Below the pieces are notes generated by a model. That model saw nothing but the letters and a program-made list of their open reading frames with translations. It did no database searches and was not told the DNA's origin. From assembly GCA_035354395.1 (NCBI GenBank), contig DAOQAX010000002.1:1-51206 (forward strand): DNA of 51,206 nucleotides, written 5' to 3'. The DNA comes from Bacteroidales bacterium. Its GTDB lineage: Bacteria > Bacteroidota > Bacteroidia > Bacteroidales > VadinHA17. A program made the translations under genes and the position numbers. Below, one piece after another: positions 44,401-51,206 of this stretch (positions within the stretch are counted from its first letter, which is position 1; every line of letters starts with the position of its first letter).

Positions 44401-46752
44401 ATGAAAACAGACATTAAACACATATCAATAGTCTTTTTAATAAGCATTATAACAATTTCATTATCTGGAATACCGGGAACATACAGTAACTATGCCGGAC
44501 CCTCTGACAGTGTGAATGATTCTTCAATATGTCTCCAGGTCAGCAACGAATTTGTACGTGTTGATTTTATAAATCCTTCCGTATTCAGAATACGGATAAA
44601 CAACAAAGAAGAGTTTCCTGACGGAGGGATGGTACGTTACGGAATAGTTGATACCAGGTGCCAGCATCATAAAATCAAAAGAAACAATAAAGGAAACAAT
44701 ATTGAGTTTTCGACCGACAACGCAAGGATAGTATTAAATAAGAAAGACGGGAAAATACAACTATTCGGAGCTGATGGCCGTCTGCTTATTCAAAATGATC
44801 AATCGCCAAAATCATGTTCAGAACAAGGGTTTGATCTTTCTTTCGGACTTACACCTGATGAAAGGCTTTACGGACTGGGTGATGAAACCAGGGACAGGAT
44901 TCAGAAAAGGGGACATAAAAACCGTATGGTCGTGATGAATGTTGAGTCGTATGTCCCTATACCATTCATAATGAGTGACCATGGCTGGGGAGTGTTCCTT
45001 AACACCACCATGTACCACAGCTTTGATGCCGGCGCCACAGTAAACGACCGGCTGTCATTTAAAGCAGAACACGGTATCATCGACTATTTCATTATTGCCG
45101 GAAATTCCATGCCCGATATACTTGATAAATACACCAACATCACCGGTAAACCAATACTCCTTCCAAAATGGGGCTATGGTCTCACATTTATTTGCGACGA
45201 ACGACAGCTAAGGGCCAGGGATATGTTATATGAAGCATATGAATTCAGACGCCAGGGAATACCATGCGATGTTATTGGGTTGGAACCCGACTGGATGGAA
45301 AAGCATTATGACTTTTCATTGGATAAACAATGGAGCAAAGAGCGTTTTGATATACCTTTCTGGCTTAAAGGGAAAGATTACGGAACATTTGATGCAGCAT
45401 TGAAGAACATGAACTTCAAGCTCAGCTTATGGCTTTGCTGTGATTATGACTTAAGCGAATGGGAAGAGATGCAGTTAAATAACGGGAAAGCAGGAATAAA
45501 TAATACTATTGAAAGCCGGTCGCTTGAAGAAGACCTGTTCCACGATCCGCATTTTGCACCGGTATATTTTGACAAGCTTCATAAACCAGGTGTACCATGG
45601 TTCGAACACCTGAAGAAATTTGTTGACGACGGCGCCTCTGCATTTAAACTTGACGGTTCAAATCAGATAAATTTTCATCCCGATCGTAAATGGAAAAACG
45701 GAATGGAAGACTACGAGATGCACAACCTTTACCCGGTAATTTATAACAAGCAGATGAGTCTGGGATTCAGGGAGTACACCGGAAGAAGATCAATGATATA
45801 TTCATCGGGAGGTTATGCAGGAATACAACGTTACTCAGCAACATGGGCCGGTGACACCGGCGGTGACAAAGGTACACTGATATCTCTTCTGAATCATGGG
45901 CTTTCAGGACATTCCAATGTCTGTACAGATATGGAGACTTCCACCAAATCAGGTATTCATTATGGATTCTTTCAGACAATATCAGAGGTATTAGGCTGGC
46001 AGATGTACGTTGAACCATGGTTCCTGGGTGAGGAAAAGGCAGCTATGTTCAAGGATTATGCCAATCTGAGATATAAGCTCATTCCTTACATCTACACCAT
46101 GGCCCACATTGCATCAGAAAAAGCCATGCCTGTAATGCGGGCGATGCCGTTAATGTACCCTTCCGATCCTAAATGTGATAAGTTTGAACACCAGTACATG
46201 TTTGGCGATGCATTTCTGGTATCAGCTTTCGACTCCACCGTCTATTTACCTGAAGGAGAATGGATTGACTATTGGACAGGTAAGAAAATGAAAGGTAATC
46301 AGGAAATATCTGCTGAATATCCTGAGAACAAGGGAGGTCCTCTCTTCGTCAAAGCCGGAGCTATTATTCCAACTCAGGCTGTAAAAGGAAGTATAGGAAC
46401 ACAGACACCTGAAAACATAATGTGGGAGATATTTCCAAAAGGTGAATCAGCATTCACCTTAATCGAAGATGACGGAGAAAGCTATAGGTACCTGGAAGGA
46501 AAGATTGCAAAGACATTACTTGAATGCCGGGAAAGTAGTAATGACATACGTATTATAATACATCCAAGAGTAGGTTTATATGATAAGATGCCACAGAAGA
46601 GGACACACAGCATCAACATTTTTTATGAAGGTAAACTGATACCCGAAAATAAAAATATCACTTACTCTTTTGATAAAGCCACCAATATCCTTACCATTAA
46701 TGATATTCCTGAAACAAATGAAGAAATCAATATCGTGTTATCAAAACAATAA
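44401..46752 (+). CDS. GH31 alpha-glycosidase (alpha-xylosidase / alpha-glucosidase type)
   Basis: 783 aa. GIPCDVIGLEPDWME, nucleophile region GASAFKLDGSNQ, acid/base region YSATWAGDTGG, and the usual N- and C-terminal beta-sandwiches. Confidence 0.85.
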   Translation: MKTDIKHISIVFLISIITISLSGIPGTYSNYAGPSDSVNDSSICLQVSNEFVRVDFINPSVFRIRINNKEEFPDGGMVRYGIVDTRCQHHKIKRNNKGNNIEFSTDNARIVLNKKDGKIQLFGADGRLLIQNDQSPKSCSEQGFDLSFGLTPDERLYGLGDETRDRIQKRGHKNRMVVMNVESYVPIPFIMSDHGWGVFLNTTMYHSFDAGATVNDRLSFKAEHGIIDYFIIAGNSMPDILDKYTNITGKPILLPKWGYGLTFICDERQLRARDMLYEAYEFRRQGIPCDVIGLEPDWMEKHYDFSLDKQWSKERFDIPFWLKGKDYGTFDAALKNMNFKLSLWLCCDYDLSEWEEMQLNNGKAGINNTIESRSLEEDLFHDPHFAPVYFDKLHKPGVPWFEHLKKFVDDGASAFKLDGSNQINFHPDRKWKNGMEDYEMHNLYPVIYNKQMSLGFREYTGRRSMIYSSGGYAGIQRYSATWAGDTGGDKGTLISLLNHGLSGHSNVCTDMETSTKSGIHYGFFQTISEVLGWQMYVEPWFLGEEKAAMFKDYANLRYKLIPYIYTMAHIASEKAMPVMRAMPLMYPSDPKCDKFEHQYMFGDAFLVSAFDSTVYLPEGEWIDYWTGKKMKGNQEISAEYPENKGGPLFVKAGAIIPTQAVKGSIGTQTPENIMWEIFPKGESAFTLIEDDGESYRYLEGKIAKTLLECRESSNDIRIIIHPRVGLYDKMPQKRTHSINIFYEGKLIPENKNITYSFDKATNILTINDIPETNEEINIVLSKQ

Positions 46753-46756
46753 AAAA

Positions 46757-49222
46757 ATGAAAGAAACAAGTCTGCCCCAAAAAAGTGTTAACATGCATCT
46801 GTCACTTCTGTTTTTTTGTATTGGAATTCTTATCAATTCTGTTCTTTATGCCGGCGACTCTCCGTCAGCAGGAACAAATCAGATTATGAAAAAGGCCGTT
46901 CCTGTCTGGGCTCAGGGACGTGAGAGAGAGATGAATATGACACTTGGCTTCAGAGGAGTATTCAAGGCAGATAAAAATAAAAAGTATACTTTAAAAATAA
47001 CAGGATCCACACTGTACAGAGTGTACCTGAACGGAGAATATCTGGGCTATGGCCCGGCACGTGCAGCTCATGGATATTTCCGTGTGGATGAGTATGATCT
47101 TGCAAAACGGGTTAAAAAAGGTGAAAATATTGTTGCTGTTGAAGTTGCAGGATACAATACCGACACCTATTATACTCTGGATCAGCCCTCCTTCCTACAG
47201 GCTGAAGTACAATCGGACGGAAAGGTTTTACTGGCTACCGGTTATGATAACAACTTCGAAATATTCCAACTGAAAGAAAGAGTGCAAAAGGTTGAAAGGT
47301 ACAGCTATCAACGGGCTTTCACTGAATATTACAGATTAAACAATGGTTATGATCAATGGAAAGCATCACCGGGGGTTCATGTCGAGACTCTAAAACAAGA
47401 GAATCTGCCACCTGTAAAACTCTTACCGAGAAACCTTCTCTTACCTGAATTTGATGTTGTGAAACCAGCTTCGGTCTATGCACATGGTACTGTACAATTC
47501 ATCAAACCTGAAAAATACAAAAGAGACTGGTCACTTGCCGAAATCGGAAAAAAAATTAAAGGATTTCCTGAGGCTGAGCTTGAGGTCATGCCATCGCTGA
47601 CTGTTCAGGAGATAAAAAGCACCATGTCTGATACTATTGCAAAACCATTCCCTGCCAGTGTTAATATCAATATGGCAAAAGATGAATTCTATACTTTCAA
47701 CTTTGGGATTAATCTCACCGGTTTTCTTGGAACAAAGGTCAGTTGCACTGAGCCATCAAAGATTCTTTATTATTTTGACGAGATAATGGTTGATGGTGAT
47801 GTAAATGCAAAAAAAAGGAGCTCTTCTGTAAACAATTATGTTGTATATGAATTGAAGCCGGGCATTTACAATCTTGAATCCTTTGAAGCTTATACCTGTA
47901 AATACCTAAAGATTGTTGTAATGGAAGGAAGTTGCAAAATCACTGATGTTTATATGAGGGAATATGCATACCCGGAAACAAAAACGACCTCATTTAATTC
48001 CAGCAACGAAAAGCTGAATTCCATATTTGATGCTGCTCGGCAAACCTTCAGACAAAACGCTGTAGATATACTGACAGACTGCCCCTCCAGGGAGAGAGCC
48101 GGCTGGCTTTGCGACAGCTACTTTTCTTCTATTATGGAAAGTGATTTCACAGGCCGTATGGATGTATCGCGTAACTTCTATGAGAGCTATGCACTGCCTG
48201 AGGTCTTTCCAAACCTTCCCGAAGGAATGATTCCGATGTGTTATCCGGCTGATTACAAAGGTGGTTTTATACCTAACTGGGCTATGTGGTTTATTATTCA
48301 GATTAACGATTATGCCAAACGCGGAGGGGATCCGGTACTGGTTGCCAGCCTGAAGCCGCGGATAGAAGGCTTACTGAAATATTTTTCCGGATTTGAGAAT
48401 AAAGACGGATTACTTGAAGACCTGAAAGGCTGGATATTTGTGGAATGGTCAAAAGCCAACAGTTTTGTCAACGGAGTCAATTATCCTTCAAACATGCTTT
48501 ATAGTGCAGCTCTTGCCAGTGCTGCAGAATTATATAAAAATGACGGCTGGAGAAAAAAATCAGATCAGGTGCGTCAGGCAATACTGGAACAATCTTTCAA
48601 CGGATCTTTCTTCGTTGACAATGCTGTAAGAAACAGTGACGGTAAACTTGAGCCGACATCAAATACAACTGAAGTATGTCAGTATTATGCATTTTTCTGT
48701 AATATAGCCACTCCTGAATCACACGCTGATCTGTGGAAAAAGTTGACAACCGAATTCGGACCGAACCGTGATGATAAAACAACTTATCCTGATGTCTTCA
48801 TAGCAAATGCATTTATAGGAAATTACCTGCGCATGGATATCCTATCCAGATATAAACTTAACAACCAGTTATTAAGCGAAATACAGGATTATTTCTATAA
48901 AATGGCAGAACTGACAGGAACTCTGTGGGAAAATATGGGATGGCAGGCCAGTTGCAATCATGGTTTTGCTTCATATTTAGGACATGTTCTTTATCGCGAT
49001 ATCCTGGGAATATATAAGATTGACTATATCAATAAAGAAGTAATAATAAGGTTTACCAATATTGATCTGGATGAATGCAATGGTTCAATGCCTGTAAAGG
49101 ATAGCTCTGTTGAGCTGAAATGGAAAAGGACCGGTAATCAGATCAGGTATTCCGTAAAGGCACCTGATGGTTATAAAGTCAGAATTGAAAATCTCAGCTC
49201 TTCAGAGTTAGTGAAATTATAA
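46757..49222 (+). CDS. Alpha-L-rhamnosidase-related (GH78-like) six-hairpin glycosidase
   Basis: Rhamnosidase-N-like segment (TLKITGSTLYRVYLNGEYLGYGPARAAHGYFRVDEYDL...GENIVAVEV) and six-hairpin motif DCPSRERAGWLCDSY. The track ORF (46670) overlaps GH31. The ATG at 46757, 4 nt after the GH31 stop, gives a proper signal peptide (MKETSLPQKSVNMHLSLLFFCIGILINSVLYAG). Confidence 0.75.
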   Translation: MKETSLPQKSVNMHLSLLFFCIGILINSVLYAGDSPSAGTNQIMKKAVPVWAQGREREMNMTLGFRGVFKADKNKKYTLKITGSTLYRVYLNGEYLGYGPARAAHGYFRVDEYDLAKRVKKGENIVAVEVAGYNTDTYYTLDQPSFLQAEVQSDGKVLLATGYDNNFEIFQLKERVQKVERYSYQRAFTEYYRLNNGYDQWKASPGVHVETLKQENLPPVKLLPRNLLLPEFDVVKPASVYAHGTVQFIKPEKYKRDWSLAEIGKKIKGFPEAELEVMPSLTVQEIKSTMSDTIAKPFPASVNINMAKDEFYTFNFGINLTGFLGTKVSCTEPSKILYYFDEIMVDGDVNAKKRSSSVNNYVVYELKPGIYNLESFEAYTCKYLKIVVMEGSCKITDVYMREYAYPETKTTSFNSSNEKLNSIFDAARQTFRQNAVDILTDCPSRERAGWLCDSYFSSIMESDFTGRMDVSRNFYESYALPEVFPNLPEGMIPMCYPADYKGGFIPNWAMWFIIQINDYAKRGGDPVLVASLKPRIEGLLKYFSGFENKDGLLEDLKGWIFVEWSKANSFVNGVNYPSNMLYSAALASAAELYKNDGWRKKSDQVRQAILEQSFNGSFFVDNAVRNSDGKLEPTSNTTEVCQYYAFFCNIATPESHADLWKKLTTEFGPNRDDKTTYPDVFIANAFIGNYLRMDILSRYKLNNQLLSEIQDYFYKMAELTGTLWENMGWQASCNHGFASYLGHVLYRDILGIYKIDYINKEVIIRFTNIDLDECNGSMPVKDSSVELKWKRTGNQIRYSVKAPDGYKVRIENLSSSELVKL

Positions 49223-49288
49223 ATATTGAATAAAATCAGTACTTTAATTAAATATAAACACATAATAATCAATACAAAATACACAGAT

Positions 49289-50959
49289 ATGAAACGCAGG
49301 GAAATCATCAAACAGTTATCAGCAATACCGCTGGCAGGAGGATTCATATCGATGGATCCGTTTTTAACAAGTCCTTTTCATTCAGGAGAAAGTGATCCTA
49401 CGTCCTATTCAAACTCTATTACTGATGGTACTCTTGTTGCCGGACCAGATATTTACCGTAGCATAGGAGTTGAACCGGTTATCAACTGCCGCGGCACCAT
49501 AACCGTTATCGGGGGATCGCTGGAATTACCTGAAGTGCGGAAGGCTATGGACTTTGCCGCACAGAATTTCGTTCAGATAGATGAACTGGCAATGGCTGTC
49601 GGACAACGTCTGGCAAAAATCACCGGAGCCGAATGGGGAATGGTGTCAGCAGGCTGTTCTGCAGGTCTCAAACATGTAACTGTTGCCTGTGTTACTGACG
49701 GAGATCCCGAGAAACTCATCCGTGTTCCCAATCTGGAAGGTTTCGAAAAAACCGAAGTCATAATACCACGATACTCACGTAACCAGTATGACCATGCAAT
49801 ACGTAATGTTGGTGTAAAGATCGTAATGGTCGACACTGCCGAAGAGCTACAGAATGCCATCAACCCCCGCACTGCAATGATCTATCTTCTTTCGGCAAGC
49901 CAGGATTATGAGACAGGCCCCCTGTCAATAGAAAATATTTACAAAATTGCCGGTCCCAGGAACATCCCGATACTTGTTGATGCCGCAGCTGAGATCTTCA
50001 CAATACCCAATGTCCATCTGCAACGCGGAGCAACCATTGTTGCATATAGCGGTGGCAAAGCGATACGCGGACCGCAATGTGCAGGATTGTTGCTTGGACG
50101 CAAGGATATCCTCCTGGCAGCATGGCAGGCCAGCGCTCCTCACCATGGAACAGGCCGCGATAATAAACTTGGAAAAGAAGAACATATCGGTATGCTGGCA
50201 GCAATTGAAACCTGGACCAAACGTGATCATGCTGCGGAAGAAAAAATGTGGATCTCATGGCTCAATAATATTTCAAAGAGAGTCTCTGATATAAAAAGTG
50301 TAAAGACTACCATCCAGGAACCTAAAGGACTGGATAATCGCAGCGCCCTGATGTCTATAACATGGGATCCTGAACAACTGAATATAACTTCTGAAGAAGT
50401 TGCTGAAGATTTTGCAAAGAACAAACCACGGATAGCCCTTGGTTGCCGAAGCGACAAAAAAACAGGTACAACGTCCCTTTCAATAAGCGCCTGGATGATG
50501 CAACCAGGTGATGATAAAATAGTTGCTGAACGTATCTATGAGATACTTACACGCAAACATCCGAAGAAATCTTCTGCCATGGAAGCACCGGCAGCCAATA
50601 TTGTTGGTCACTGGGATGTCAGTGTAGGTTACTATACGGGTAAAGGCGACCATAAACTATTCATCGAAAAACAGGATGGCAACTGGATACAGGGAATGTA
50701 CAAGAGCAGTTTCTCGATGCAGGAGATAGCAGGTACAATAGAGGGAAATCAGATAAAGCTCCTAAGCAATTACAATGCCCCCGGAGATTCAATACCCTTC
50801 ACCTTTGCAGGAACACTTGCAGGAGAAGAAATTTCAGGAACACTGTATATGGGAGAATATCATTCGGCAAAATTTACAGCTAAACGTTCTGAATATAAGA
50901 GGAAACCCGATCAGGTCAGTGTTCCTAATTATGGCCGGAGAAACGGAAATGCATGGTAA
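49289..50959 (+). CDS. Tat-signal SelA-like (fold-type I) PLP-dependent enzyme with an uncharacterised C-terminal domain
   Basis: PLP-lysine motif YSGGKAIRGPQCAGLLLGRKD (compare SelA SGDKLLGGPQAG). The preferred start, ATG 49289, gives MKRREIIKQLSAIPLAGG, which is twin-arginine-like. The track start at 49226 is a TTG. There is an extra beta-rich tail of about 130 aa. Confidence 0.7.
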   Translation: MKRREIIKQLSAIPLAGGFISMDPFLTSPFHSGESDPTSYSNSITDGTLVAGPDIYRSIGVEPVINCRGTITVIGGSLELPEVRKAMDFAAQNFVQIDELAMAVGQRLAKITGAEWGMVSAGCSAGLKHVTVACVTDGDPEKLIRVPNLEGFEKTEVIIPRYSRNQYDHAIRNVGVKIVMVDTAEELQNAINPRTAMIYLLSASQDYETGPLSIENIYKIAGPRNIPILVDAAAEIFTIPNVHLQRGATIVAYSGGKAIRGPQCAGLLLGRKDILLAAWQASAPHHGTGRDNKLGKEEHIGMLAAIETWTKRDHAAEEKMWISWLNNISKRVSDIKSVKTTIQEPKGLDNRSALMSITWDPEQLNITSEEVAEDFAKNKPRIALGCRSDKKTGTTSLSISAWMMQPGDDKIVAERIYEILTRKHPKKSSAMEAPAANIVGHWDVSVGYYTGKGDHKLFIEKQDGNWIQGMYKSSFSMQEIAGTIEGNQIKLLSNYNAPGDSIPFTFAGTLAGEEISGTLYMGEYHSAKFTAKRSEYKRKPDQVSVPNYGRRNGNAW

Positions 50960-50981
50960 AATAGCAAAACTGATTTGTCCT

Positions 50982-51206
50982 TCATAAGATTTGAAGTAAG
51001 TCCAGAGGATGGTTTAACAATTGTTTTGCACCATTTGCAATCAATTCTTCTTTGGTCCTGAATCCCCATAAGGCACCTGCCGGGTATGTTCCGGCATTTA
51101 CGGAAGTTTTCATATCGGTACCGGTATCACCAATATAAACCACATCCGCCGGCTGAAGTCCAAAAGTCTCACATATCTTAAGGGCACCGGCGGGATTTGG
51201 TTTTTT
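50982..51206 (-). CDS. HAD-superfamily phosphatase (phosphoglycolate phosphatase-like), C-terminal fragment; the 5' end lies beyond the window
   Basis: My own minus-strand translation: KKPNPAGALKICETFGLQPADVVYIGDTGTDMKTSVNAGTYPAGALWGFRTKEELIANGAKQLLNHPLDLLQIL, then TGA at 50982-50984. HAD motifs III (K) and IV (GDTGTD) are present. It is absent from the ORF track because there is no in-window start. Confidence 0.75.
   Translation of the reverse strand, partial: KKPNPAGALKICETFGLQPADVVYIGDTGTDMKTSVNAGTYPAGALWGFRTKEELIANGAKQLLNHPLDLLQIL

Noticed and set aside
46670-46756. Upstream extension of the GH78-like ORF given in the track
   Set aside because: It would overlap the GH31 3' end by 83 nt and bury the signal peptide. 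The ATG at 46757 lies 4 nt after the GH31 stop and yields a normal signal sequence.
49226-49288. TTG-initiated extension of the SelA-like ORF
   Set aside because: The extension would place 21 residues before the twin-arginine motif. The ATG at 49289 gives a canonical Tat-like n-region.
1-51206. Search for CRISPR arrays, tRNA/rRNA genes, transposases, integrases, toxin-antitoxin pairs or known defence-system genes
   Set aside because: I saw no regularly spaced direct repeats, no tRNA-like T-arm or acceptor pattern outside CDSs, and no ORF with recombinase, nuclease-ATPase or TA-like motifs. The window reads as core chromosome plus two PULs.

Overview
This 51.2-kb chromosomal segment looks like Bacteroidota: it has SusC/SusD pairs, ECF-sigma/FecR anti-sigma pairs, TAnnTTTG -7 boxes and AT-rich intergenic DNA. 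All family calls come from motifs read by eye in the supplied translations; no database search was run.

Layout:
(1) 0.3-12.2 kb is a housekeeping and metabolic block. It holds a secreted M28 peptidase, a ROK kinase, tex, an rlmI-like methyltransferase, a 3'-5' exonuclease overlapping a DUF5063-like gene, a 943-aa FAD/Fe-S oxidoreductase and a ceramidase-like protein.
(2) 12.4-27.5 kb is PUL-1. It runs ECF sigma, FecR, SusC with an STN signalling domain, SusD, a strong terminator, an 816-aa secreted protein of unknown family, nagB, a GH20 hexosaminidase, a FemAB-like transferase and rnk.
(3) 27.5-51 kb is PUL-2. A second paralogous sigma/FecR/SusC/SusD module is followed by four consecutive poorly understood genes: a 320-aa lipoprotein, a membrane-anchored DUF362-like protein, a DUF4838-like protein with a discoidin domain, and a 790-aa lipoprotein. 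After these come a CE15 esterase on the opposite strand, GH31, a GH78-like rhamnosidase, a Tat-signal SelA-like PLP enzyme and a partial HAD phosphatase.

I saw no rRNA, tRNA, CRISPR array, transposase, integrase or recognisable defence gene.

Most interesting signals:
(a) Both anti-sigma/susC junctions carry a minus-strand intrinsic terminator and a minus-strand -7 box overlapping the susC ATG. This suggests DonS-type cis-antisense sRNAs.
(b) A structured G/C-core repeat family with an A-X-A'-X'-A topology sits at three gene 3' ends.
(c) The unknown-function gene block and the exported PLP enzyme in PUL-2, and the unknown 816-aa protein with a FemAB-like gene in PUL-1.
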